From Candidatus Saccharibacteria bacterium UBA2951 (lineage in GTDB: Bacteria; Patescibacteriota; Saccharimonadia; Saccharimonadales; Saccharimonadaceae): a DNA stretch of 64,000 bases. A program made the position numbers and the translations under genes. Under the pieces are notes generated by a model. That model worked only from the letters and a program-made list of their open reading frames with translations. It did no database searches and had not been told where the DNA came from. The stretch covers positions 12,268 through 76,267 of the forward strand of contig DEBR01000003.1 of assembly GCA_002348615.1 (NCBI GenBank), in the 5' to 3' direction. Positions 43,993 through 52,760 of this stretch are shown here, one piece after another (within the stretch, counting starts at the first letter, position 1; each line of letters begins with the position of its first letter).

Positions 43993-44734
43993 GACCAGTT
44001 ATGCCCTAGGTCTGAGCCTGTGGGTATTCGTTGCGTTCTTTGTGGGTGAAATGCTGGCCGGCGTGGCAATGGCCTACGGGTTGGCCTTCAGCGGGTTGCA
44101 TTTGAACGCCGCACTCGAATACACGATATTAGCAGCGATCGGATATTCCTTCGGGTTGGCACTCACGGTCGGATTGCCTTGGCTGGCGACTCATAAACGG
44201 CCGAGCAAAAAAACGCTAGGAATCACCAGGCTGCCATCGTGGTCCGATATCGGGTTGTCGATTCTTTCGGTCCTGCCGTATTACTTGCTGTCGGCCGGCG
44301 TGCTTTGGGCAGCGATGACCTTTACAAAAGTGGTCGACCCGAACGTCGGACAGCAGATTGGCTTTGATAACCTGACCATAGGAGCAGAATACTTCGTAGC
44401 GTTCATTACCTTGGTATTAATGGCTCCGCTGGCTGAAGAACTGCTTTTTCGCGGGTACTTTTTGGGGCGATTGAACGAGCGAGTTGGAAAATGGTTAGCG
44501 GTGCTACTTACGGCGGCCGTGTTTGGGTCGCTGCACCTTTTTGGCTTTACAGACGATGGCCATGTCGTCTTCCAGTGGGCGACGGCACTCGATACGTTCG
44601 CGCTAGGAATCATGGCTGGCGCACTGCGGCTTTTGTCGGGCAGTATTTGGGCCGGCATGCTACTGCACGCGATTAAAAACGGCATCGCATATTACTTCTT
44701 GTTCATCAGTCCGTTGCCGCCAGGGAGTTCCTAG
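43970..44734 (+). CDS. CPBP-family intramembrane glutamic endopeptidase (CAAX protease-like)
   Basis: AEELLFRGY, FGSLHL and HAIKN motifs. Confidence 0.85.
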   Translation: MSASLFNKTSYALGLSLWVFVAFFVGEMLAGVAMAYGLAFSGLHLNAALEYTILAAIGYSFGLALTVGLPWLATHKRPSKKTLGITRLPSWSDIGLSILSVLPYYLLSAGVLWAAMTFTKVVDPNVGQQIGFDNLTIGAEYFVAFITLVLMAPLAEELLFRGYFLGRLNERVGKWLAVLLTAAVFGSLHLFGFTDDGHVVFQWATALDTFALGIMAGALRLLSGSIWAGMLLHAIKNGIAYYFLFISPLPPGSS

Positions 44735-44751
44735 GGTAGGATATAAAAGAT

Positions 44752-45993
44752 ATGCGAGTTTCTAAACTGTTTACAAAAACGCTCCGCGACGCGCCTGCGG
44801 ACGAAGTTTCCAAAAATGCCCAACTACTTATTCGTGCCGGCTTTGTGTACAAAGAAATGGCCGGGGCCTATGCGTACCTGCCATTAGGTATTCGCGTGGT
44901 CGAAAAGATCAAACAAGTAGTCCGCGAAGAAATGAATGCCATTGATTCGAACGAACTCATCATGACCAGCCTGCAGCGAAAAGACGTATGGGAGCAAACC
45001 GGCCGATGGGACGATAAGGTGGTCGACATTTGGTTTAAGACGAAATTGCAAGACGAAACAGAGGTAGGACTAGGCTGGAGCCACGAAGAACCGATCGTCG
45101 AAATGATGAAGCAGTACGTGCGTAGCTACAAGGACTTGCCAATCAGTCTGTACCAGTTCCAAACCAAGATGCGCAATGAACTGCGCGCCAAAAGTGGAAT
45201 CATGCGCGGCCGTGAATTCGTTATGAAAGACATGTATTCGTTCCATGCGTCGGCTGAGGACCTTGAGCGTTACTACAATAAAACGATCGAGGCTTACAAG
45301 CGGGTTTACGACCGCTTAGGCATTGGCGAAGACACGTACGTAACATTCGCGAGCGGTGGCGCGTTCACCAAGTTTAGCCACGAATTCCAAACCGTCTGTG
45401 ATGCCGGCGAGGACGTAATTTATCTTCACCGCGAAAAGAACATCGCCGTGAACGAAGAGGTCATCGATGACGCCGTAAAAGAGCTTGGTATCGACAAAAA
45501 CGAGCTTGAACAGGTAAAAACAGCCGAAACCGGTAATATTTTCAACTTCGGTACGCAGAAAACCGACGAAATGGGTCTGCATTTCACCGGCGAAGATGGC
45601 AAGCAGCAATCGCTCTACATCGGGTCATACGGCATTGGTATTACCCGTGCAATGGGAGTTATCGCTGAAAAGATGTCTGACGACAAAGGGCTGGTCTGGC
45701 CGGAAAGCATAGCGCCGTACATGGTCTACCTGGTATCAATCGGTGAGAACGGTCAAAAAGCTGCCGACAGTTTGTACGATGAACTGAGCGCCGCTGGCGT
45801 AGAAGTACTTTACGACGACCGTGACGAACGACCAGGTACCAAGTTTGCCGACGCCGAACTGATGGGAATTCCATACCGCCTAACAGTCAGCGACCGTGGC
45901 GTAGAGGCTGGCAAATTCGAGTTTACAACGCGTAAAACAGGGCAAACGGAAGAGCTTTCGGCAACAGAGGTGAAAAATCGATTTACGGTGTAA
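44752..45993 (+). CDS. proS: prolyl-tRNA synthetase, bacterial type without the INS editing domain
   Basis: Class II motif 2 MRGREFVMKDMYSFH, motif 3 GSYGIGITR, C-terminal anticodon-binding domain. Only 413 aa. Confidence 0.92.
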   Translation: MRVSKLFTKTLRDAPADEVSKNAQLLIRAGFVYKEMAGAYAYLPLGIRVVEKIKQVVREEMNAIDSNELIMTSLQRKDVWEQTGRWDDKVVDIWFKTKLQDETEVGLGWSHEEPIVEMMKQYVRSYKDLPISLYQFQTKMRNELRAKSGIMRGREFVMKDMYSFHASAEDLERYYNKTIEAYKRVYDRLGIGEDTYVTFASGGAFTKFSHEFQTVCDAGEDVIYLHREKNIAVNEEVIDDAVKELGIDKNELEQVKTAETGNIFNFGTQKTDEMGLHFTGEDGKQQSLYIGSYGIGITRAMGVIAEKMSDDKGLVWPESIAPYMVYLVSIGENGQKAADSLYDELSAAGVEVLYDDRDERPGTKFADAELMGIPYRLTVSDRGVEAGKFEFTTRKTGQTEELSATEVKNRFTV

Positions 45994-45998
45994 ATCGA

Positions 45999-46027
45999 TT
46001 GACTTTAGTCACACCGATTGGTAAAAT
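45999..46027 (+). promoter_or_regulatory. sigma70-like promoter of greA
   Basis: TTGACT (45999-46004), 17-nt spacer, TAAAAT (46022-27). A 120-nt leader with two hairpins follows. Confidence 0.55.
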
Positions 46028-46151
46028 AAAGACTGATGTAATCACCCCTGCGTAAGGGGATTTACACTTATTAAAGAATGAAATTAACGAGGCGGTGCCC
46101 GGGCAGGCACCTCTTTATAAGACTCTCTGTACAGAACAATAGGAGAACCAT

Positions 46152-46607
46152 ATGAAGAAGATGTATCAGATTACTGCCGACGGCCGCAAAGAACTTGAGG
46201 CCGAGCTTGAAAAGCTGAAGGCACGTCGCGGCGAAATCGCCGAAAAAATCGCGGAAGCCCGCGACTATGGCGATTTGTCCGAAAATGCCGAATACGACGC
46301 AGCTCGCGAAGACCAAGGTTTGGTCGAAAGCCGTATTGCTGAAATCGAAGATATCCTCATGAACGCCGAGCTTATTAAGACCAGCCGTAAATCAACCATT
46401 GGTATTGGCAGCAAAGTCGAACTGAAGAACGGCGCCAAAAAGGTGAACTACCATGTCGTCGGACCGGTAGAAGCCAACCCGGTTGAAGGCAAGATCTCAA
46501 ACGAGTCACCAATCGGCATGGCACTCATGGGCAAAAAAGTCGGCGACAAAGCCGTCGTCACCACTCCTAAGGGCGACATCAACTACAGCATCGTTGCCGT
46601 TAACTAG
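46152..46607 (+). CDS. greA: transcription elongation factor GreA
   Basis: AEARDYGDLSENAEYDAAREDQ coiled-coil tip with acidic residues. Confidence 0.95.
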   Translation: MKKMYQITADGRKELEAELEKLKARRGEIAEKIAEARDYGDLSENAEYDAAREDQGLVESRIAEIEDILMNAELIKTSRKSTIGIGSKVELKNGAKKVNYHVVGPVEANPVEGKISNESPIGMALMGKKVGDKAVVTTPKGDINYSIVAVN

Positions 46608-47098
46608 GCAGCGTTACGCTGTTCTTCGTTGTAGCGGTCTAATTCTTCCTCGAAAGAACGGCCGGACCGCCTGGCATTCTTAAACGCTTTACTTAGTGCG
46701 GCTTGTGCCGTAAGGGCGCTCGAGTTCTCAATCAGATGTGCCATCAGTTCTTCTGTGGCATCCGTGCGAGCAACATCCCATGCCTTAGCCGCGCTCCAGA
46801 TATTAGCAAGTGACGCTTGAGATCTGTGCGTTTGCTCTTCGGTAGCTTCAACGTCTTCGAGTAGTTGTTCGGCTGTGTCATCGAGCTTCAGTATCATCTC
46901 TTGGGTATCTTCAGCATCTGTTTCGTCTGTATGCCGTAATGTAATTGCAAGTGCTTCGAGCGAGCCGAAGGTTGGTTCGACGGTAGGCGGTTCTACTTCT
47001 TTTTGCAGTAATCCCTTGATTCCTGGCAAGGGAATATGGAGCTTATCAAGCAAAGGTAGGCGTTCGGTAGGCTTTGTCTGATGTTCCAGGAGGCTCAT
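46604..47098 (-). CDS. hypothetical acidic protein
   Basis: 164 aa from MSLLEHQ at 47098. No recognised domain. Shares a CTAG stop with greA. Confidence 0.55.
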   Translation of the reverse strand: MSLLEHQTKPTERLPLLDKLHIPLPGIKGLLQKEVEPPTVEPTFGSLEALAITLRHTDETDAEDTQEMILKLDDTAEQLLEDVEATEEQTHRSQASLANIWSAAKAWDVARTDATEELMAHLIENSSALTAQAALSKAFKNARRSGRSFEEELDRYNEEQRNAA

Positions 47099-47226
47099 AT
47101 TGCGTATGTGTTTATTTAAAAATACTGGTTCTGGTGTGCATATTACCACAAACGGAAACAAAACACAAGCTTTTTTAGTAAAATTACCACTTAAAATCGC
47201 ATGTACGGTATACTAGCTAACAGATT

Positions 47227-48735
47227 ATGGCGACACTTAAAGAACTTCGTGACGAAAGATTACGCAAATTAGAAGAACTACGCGCACTCGGTGTAGACCC
47301 GTACCCGGCAAAAAGTAAACGAACCCATACGCTGGCTGAAGTTACGGGTAAGTTTGACGAGCTTGAAAATAAAGACGTCACCGTCGTCGGACGTATTGCC
47401 GGTATACGAAAGTTCGGCAAACTCGGATTTATCGTGCTTAAAGACATGAGCGGGCAAGTACAACTATTCCTTAAGGCCGACACGGTGGAACCATTGAACG
47501 CCGCTGAAAGCCAAGTCGGTATGAATGAACTGCCACTGCTTGATACCGGCGACTTTGTGCAGGCAAGTGGACCGGTCATCAAGACCAAGACCGGTGAAAT
47601 ATCGGTCGACGTGCGCAAACTGAAGCTTCTTACCAAGTCGCTTCGCCCAATGCCAACCAAACAAGACGGCTTTACCAACAAAGAAGAACGCATGCGCCGC
47701 CGCTACGTCGATATGAACGTCAACGAAGACGTGCGCCAGCGATTCGTTCGCCGCAGTAAGTTTTGGCAAGCTACCCGTAAGTTCTTAGACGACCACGGCT
47801 TTTACGAAATAAATATTCCAGTGCTAGAGCACACTACCGGTGGTGCCGACGCCAACCCGTTCGTGACTCACATGGACGCGCTCGACAACGATTTTTACCT
47901 ACGTATCAGCCACGAACTACCACTTAAACGACTGCTTGGTGGTGGCTTTGAAAAGGTCTACGATGTTGGACCGCGCTTTAGGAACGAAAATTATTCAGAC
48001 GAGCATTTGCCCGAGCACGTTGCCATGGAATGGTACTGGGCATACGCCGATTGGCACGACGGCATGAACTTCATGACCGAAATGTACCGTTATGTGCTAA
48101 AAGAAACGTTCGGCACGCTCAAGTTCAAGTTGGGCAACTTTGATGTTGACCTAGAAAAAGAGTGGGAAGAGTGGGACTACGCCGAAGTCATTAAGAAGCA
48201 TTACGACATTGACGTATACGACTGCACGATCGATCAAGTAAAAGGTGCGTTGAAGGCGAATAAGCTGGAGGTTGAAAAGACCGAAAACATTGCCCGCGGC
48301 ATAGACAAGCTTTGGAAAAACATTCGTAAAGACGTTGCCGGGCCGGTATGGCTTATCAACACGCCAAAGTTCATTAGCCCGCTCGCCAAAAGCACGCCAG
48401 GCGACGACAATACGGTGCAGCGGTTCCAGCCGGTCATTGCCGGTAGCGAGCTCGGTAATGGCTTTTCAGAACTTAACGACCCAATAGACCAGTTGAACCG
48501 ATTCGTCGAACAGCAAAGTATGCGCGACGCCGGCGACGAAGAAGCCATGATGCTCGACATCGACTTTGTTGAAATGCTGGAATACGGCATGCCGCCAGCC
48601 TGTGGCTGGGGTTACAGCGAACGCGTGTTCTGGATTTTCGAAGGCGTCACCGCCCGCGAAGGCGTGCCGTTCCCACAGCTGCGGCACGAGATAGATGACA
48701 CGACCAAACAACTTTATCCTGGAGCTAAGTTATAG
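47227..48735 (+). CDS. lysS: lysyl-tRNA synthetase, class II
   Basis: OB-fold N-domain plus class II core (FRNE, GSELGNGFSELNDP, GWGYSERV). Confidence 0.97.
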   Translation: MATLKELRDERLRKLEELRALGVDPYPAKSKRTHTLAEVTGKFDELENKDVTVVGRIAGIRKFGKLGFIVLKDMSGQVQLFLKADTVEPLNAAESQVGMNELPLLDTGDFVQASGPVIKTKTGEISVDVRKLKLLTKSLRPMPTKQDGFTNKEERMRRRYVDMNVNEDVRQRFVRRSKFWQATRKFLDDHGFYEINIPVLEHTTGGADANPFVTHMDALDNDFYLRISHELPLKRLLGGGFEKVYDVGPRFRNENYSDEHLPEHVAMEWYWAYADWHDGMNFMTEMYRYVLKETFGTLKFKLGNFDVDLEKEWEEWDYAEVIKKHYDIDVYDCTIDQVKGALKANKLEVEKTENIARGIDKLWKNIRKDVAGPVWLINTPKFISPLAKSTPGDDNTVQRFQPVIAGSELGNGFSELNDPIDQLNRFVEQQSMRDAGDEEAMMLDIDFVEMLEYGMPPACGWGYSERVFWIFEGVTAREGVPFPQLRHEIDDTTKQLYPGAKL

Positions 48736-49518
48736 GTGAATATAGTAAAGCCGAAAGGCAAACTTGAAGAGCTTATTGGAACCGGTTTATGGATAGAGCT
48801 TGTTCCGACTAGAAAGGGACTCGAATTCAGCGAATATTTTACTGACGTTGATATAGATATCATGAGTGCGCCATTCGTTCAGGGGGATGGTATTGTTAGG
48901 ATACAGCCTGTCTGGGAATCATCATCACATATCTTATATTTTGGTGAACCTCGTGATGAAAAGTTAAGCAGACAAATAACAGTTGCAGATTTTCGAAATA
49001 GCCGTGATTTTTATGCCAAGCTGACTGGTAAAAAAGCAGGGTATAAAGTGCTATATGATCGCGTGTCATTCTTTCGTTCGAAGGAGCTGTATGAACATAT
49101 TGCACAGGTCGAACAATATATAAGAGAAAAGTACGTGGCGGAAGTGGGCTACGATGACTTACCTGTGCCTCAAAAGTTTCGTTCCGATTCAGTTGATCAC
49201 CGAATTACTCAATTTGACTTATTTGAACTGACGGCTATTGAGTTCTTGAAGCCCGCATCAGACGATTATTTCGAATTACAAATCAGCATAGGGCTTTCAC
49301 CAACTGATGCTCGTAAGCTCACACGATTAGATGAGTTTGGTATTCCACTAAGCGGTCCCGAATTAAATCGTTTTCGCCAGATTAGGAATTCTATAATGCA
49401 TTTCAAGGTTGTCACAAATGACGACGTCGCATTTATTGTTGATGCGCACTCAAAAATGAGTTATTTCCACCTTTCTGACATCGTGTATAAATCGATAAAT
49501 AATCAAACAAAAGGATAA
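48736..49518 (+). CDS. hypothetical protein with a C-terminal Swt1/Abi-like HEPN signature (Rx4H)
   Basis: 260 aa, visibly AT-rich. VEQYIREKY...ITQFDLFELTAIEF...ELNRFRQIRNSIMHF (R-N-x3-H). GTG start abuts the lysS stop. Confidence 0.5.
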   Translation: MNIVKPKGKLEELIGTGLWIELVPTRKGLEFSEYFTDVDIDIMSAPFVQGDGIVRIQPVWESSSHILYFGEPRDEKLSRQITVADFRNSRDFYAKLTGKKAGYKVLYDRVSFFRSKELYEHIAQVEQYIREKYVAEVGYDDLPVPQKFRSDSVDHRITQFDLFELTAIEFLKPASDDYFELQISIGLSPTDARKLTRLDEFGIPLSGPELNRFRQIRNSIMHFKVVTNDDVAFIVDAHSKMSYFHLSDIVYKSINNQTKG

Positions 49519-50015
49519 TGGCTAACTATAAGGGGCATCTCGTCGGCGGAGCAATTGTAACTGGAGCATTCACAGCACTGATTTCGTTTGCGCCGGTAGA
49601 GAAGTTTGCCGAGTATGCGCATATTCTGCAGGACTGGCAGGCGCTTACGGCGGTGTTTGTAATCGGTATGTTGTTTGCGTTGTTCCCAGATGTTGATACG
49701 AACAGCAAAGGGCAGGATATATTCTATTGGATTTTATTCCCGGTAGATGTTCTACTAATTTATTCAGGTCACCTGCAGGCTGCAGCGTACTTGGGACTCG
49801 TTGGAATGCTGCCGGTGCTGACGCATCACCGCGGTTGGACACATACCAAGTGGGCGATGATATTGATTCCGCTGCCAATCGTTCTAGTGCCGTATTTGTA
49901 CAGCGACAAAGTATTAGCGTTCAGTTTGGTGCTCTACGGCGCTGCGGTGGCGGGATACTTTAGTCATTTGCTACTCGACGGTCTGATTTGGCGCAAATTC
50001 CGTATTAAGAACTAG
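49518..50015 (+). CDS. YdjM/DUF457-like membrane-bound metal-dependent hydrolase
   Basis: GHLVGGA...LFPDVD...HHRGWTHT...FSHLLLDG motifs on a 4-5 TM scaffold. TAATG overlap with the upstream gene. Confidence 0.7.
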   Translation: MANYKGHLVGGAIVTGAFTALISFAPVEKFAEYAHILQDWQALTAVFVIGMLFALFPDVDTNSKGQDIFYWILFPVDVLLIYSGHLQAAAYLGLVGMLPVLTHHRGWTHTKWAMILIPLPIVLVPYLYSDKVLAFSLVLYGAAVAGYFSHLLLDGLIWRKFRIKN

Positions 50016-50023
50016 CCGTTAGC

Positions 50024-50031
50024 TGTACAAT
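50024..50031 (+). promoter_or_regulatory. -10 box (TGTACAAT) 6 nt upstream of the ATG at 50038
   Basis: TACAAT at 50026-31 preceded by TG. No Shine-Dalgarno. Confidence 0.4.
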
Positions 50032-50037
50032 AAAATC

Positions 50038-51786
50038 ATGAAACGGCTGCTGTTGAGCCTGGGGTTGGCAGTTTTCGCACTCTTTGGGGTATCTGCTGCG
50101 CATGCGAGCGTTAATGACTTTACGATTTCAAACTACGACATTAAGTACGAATTGTCGCAGGATTCCAGCGGCCGTTCGGTGCTGAAAACCGTCGAAACGA
50201 TTACGGCACAGTTCCCGAACTACGACCAAAACCACGGAATCGAACGGGCCATTCCGAAAAGTTACGACGACCATTCGGTCAGCCTAGACATCGAATCGGT
50301 CAAAAAAGTCGATGGCTCCGACTGGAACTACACCACCTATGACTCGAATGATAACAAGGTGGTACGGATAGGCGATGCCGACAGGTATGTGCACGGCGAA
50401 CAAACGTACGTGATTACGTACACCCAGCGCGATGTTACCAAATACTTCAATGACACGAACGACGACGAATTCTATTGGGACACCAACGGCACAGACTGGC
50501 AGGTGCCGATTAATAAGTTAAGTGTACAGCTGACTGTGGCCGACAACCTGAAGTCAAGGTTGAACGGCAACACCGCTTGCTATCAGGGTTATAGCGGATC
50601 GAGCACACCGTGCCAAGTGGCTCTAAACGGCTCGACATTTACTACAAGTGCCACTAACCTAATGGCAGGGCAGAACGTTACACTGGCAATCGGATTCAAG
50701 CCGCAGACATTCGCTAAATACGAACCGTCGCTTTTGGATAGGTTAATCGGATTCTATATAGCTTCCATATTCGCGGTCGGTGCGGCTGCTGTTGGTATTC
50801 TTATATGGCTTAGTGTGCGCTGGAACAATTGGTCAAACCGAAAGCGCGACCTTGGCACGGTAATCGCCGAATATACGCCACCGAAAGATGCGAGCCTGAC
50901 GACATCGGCCAGCCTGCATTCGGGCATGGGCTCGTTATTCACCGCACAGCTGCTCGATTTTGCGGTCCGTGGGTACATAAACATCTACCAGACCAGGGAA
51001 AAGTCGCTGTTCAAAGCCGCCGAATACGATATTGAAATCGCTAAGGATATTAGCGATCTTAAGGCTGAGGAACGCGAGATCCTGAACGATATATTCGGTT
51101 CATCACCGAAAGTAGGGGAAAGGCTGGCGCTGAAGACGTTAAAGAATAACACTTCGGTATACACCCGAACGCTTGATAACGACAAAAAACTGAAAACTTT
51201 AGTGCGTGGCGAATATGGCCTGTGCCAAAAGGACGACGCCAAGCGAAGCTGGTTTACGAACGCGGGCTGGGTGCTACTTGGCGCGAGTATTATTTTGCTT
51301 AATCCGCTGTTGTTCTTCGCGTCAATTACCGCATTCGTTCTTGGCTACACGTTGTGGCCGTTGACCGACAAAGGCCTTGATCTGTACCGATACCTTAAGG
51401 GACTTGAACTTTACATAAAGGTCGCCGAAGCAGACCGCATAAAAATGCTGCAAAGCCCAGAGGGTGCCGAAAAGACCGGTGGCGTCGACCCGAACGATCC
51501 ATCACAACTTATTAAGCTGTACGAAAAAGTATTACCATATGCCGTGTTATTCGGCCAGGAAAAAGAATGGTCAAAACGGATTGGCGAGATTTACGCGTCG
51601 ACAGGTAGCGATCCGTCATGGTACCACGGTGTGAACGCGTTCAACGCGGCATCATTCAGTTCGGGTCTAAGCGGCTTTTCAACTGCCGCGGCGTATTCAT
51701 CGGCTAGCAGTTCATCGTCCGGCGGCTCAAGCGGCGGCGGTTCCTCCGGCGGCGGAGGCGGTGGAGGCGGCGGCGGTGGCTGGTAG
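50038..51786 (+). CDS. DUF2207-like membrane protein
   Basis: Signal peptide ending in SAAHA, large extracytoplasmic N-domain, several TM helices, Ser/Gly-rich tail ending in GGGGGGGGGGGW. Confidence 0.75.
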   Translation: MKRLLLSLGLAVFALFGVSAAHASVNDFTISNYDIKYELSQDSSGRSVLKTVETITAQFPNYDQNHGIERAIPKSYDDHSVSLDIESVKKVDGSDWNYTTYDSNDNKVVRIGDADRYVHGEQTYVITYTQRDVTKYFNDTNDDEFYWDTNGTDWQVPINKLSVQLTVADNLKSRLNGNTACYQGYSGSSTPCQVALNGSTFTTSATNLMAGQNVTLAIGFKPQTFAKYEPSLLDRLIGFYIASIFAVGAAAVGILIWLSVRWNNWSNRKRDLGTVIAEYTPPKDASLTTSASLHSGMGSLFTAQLLDFAVRGYINIYQTREKSLFKAAEYDIEIAKDISDLKAEEREILNDIFGSSPKVGERLALKTLKNNTSVYTRTLDNDKKLKTLVRGEYGLCQKDDAKRSWFTNAGWVLLGASIILLNPLLFFASITAFVLGYTLWPLTDKGLDLYRYLKGLELYIKVAEADRIKMLQSPEGAEKTGGVDPNDPSQLIKLYEKVLPYAVLFGQEKEWSKRIGEIYASTGSDPSWYHGVNAFNAASFSSGLSGFSTAAAYSSASSSSSGGSSGGGSSGGGGGGGGGGGW

Positions 51787-51828
51787 GCCACGAATCGCGC
51801 TATACTAGAAACAGAAGAGGAGGCTGTA

Positions 51829-52062
51829 ATGGGAAACGTGTACGAACTTGACGGACAACTGTTTACGAATGTTGGTGAATTCTTAGATGCGGTGGCACAC
51901 GAGTATAAACATGGTGATAAGGACTTGGCGGTCCAAACTCTCGAAGATTATGGGTTTACGCTCAGCGATATCAACGCCGGCGGACACCAGCCACACCCAC
52001 ACGCCGCGAAGGACGACGCGAATCCTGAGCAGACTCCTGAAAATAACGGTGACGCGTCATGA
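51829..52062 (+). CDS. hypothetical small protein
   Basis: 77 aa. Strong GGAGG 6 nt upstream. ATGA overlap with the ABC ATPase gene. Confidence 0.6.
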   Translation: MGNVYELDGQLFTNVGEFLDAVAHEYKHGDKDLAVQTLEDYGFTLSDINAGGHQPHPHAAKDDANPEQTPENNGDAS

Positions 52063-52760
52063 TTGAACTGGCGCACGTTTCAAAGATTTACGGCAAGAAA
52101 CAAAACCAATTCACAGCACTTGAGGGAATAAACCTCATCATTGAAAGTGGCAAAAGCGTCGCGATCGTCGGCAAAAGCGGGTCGGGCAAAAGCACGCTCA
52201 TGCATATTATGAGTGGGCTTGACCGCGCGACATCCGGCACGATAACGGTTGATGGCCAAGATATTTCACAGCTGAAAAACCGGGCACTCGATAAGTTTCG
52301 AGCCGAAAAAATCGGATTCATATTCCAATCGTTTTTCGTACAGGCTAACGAAACGTGTTTGCAGAACGTATTGCTGCCTCTTGAGATATCCCGCGCGCCG
52401 CGGTCTGAACGTACCGACATGGCCCTTAACGCGCTGAAAGATGTGGACCTGCTTGAGAAGAAATCATCTAAAGCCAGGGACTTGTCCGGCGGGCAGAAGC
52501 AGCGTCTGGCTATTGCACGGGCGATCGTATCGCACCCGGACATCATATTCGCGGACGAACCGACAGGAAACCTTGATACCGCGACCGGCGACAAAGTTGA
52601 AAAGCTGCTGTTCGATTTTAACAAGCGGCTGGGAAGCACGCTTGTAGTAGTGACACACGACCCCGACCTTGCGAAAAAGTGCGAGATTCAGATACATATG
52701 AAGGACGGCAAGGTCGTGAAGGTCGTTGGAGCGGATTCCAAGAAGGGGAAGAAGAAATGA
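52059..52760 (+). CDS. ABC transporter ATP-binding protein (MacB/LolD/FtsE-like)
   Basis: Walker A GKSGSGKST, signature LSGGQKQR, Walker B IIFADEPT. Confidence 0.95.
   Translation: MIELAHVSKIYGKKQNQFTALEGINLIIESGKSVAIVGKSGSGKSTLMHIMSGLDRATSGTITVDGQDISQLKNRALDKFRAEKIGFIFQSFFVQANETCLQNVLLPLEISRAPRSERTDMALNALKDVDLLEKKSSKARDLSGGQKQRLAIARAIVSHPDIIFADEPTGNLDTATGDKVEKLLFDFNKRLGSTLVVVTHDPDLAKKCEIQIHMKDGKVVKVVGADSKKGKKK

Noticed and set aside
51718-51783. Run of GGC/GGT/GGA codons that looks like a simple-sequence repeat
   Set aside because: It encodes the Ser/Gly tail typical of DUF2207-like proteins. The repeat is imperfect and in-frame, so I do not call it a phase-variation tract or a CRISPR-like repeat.
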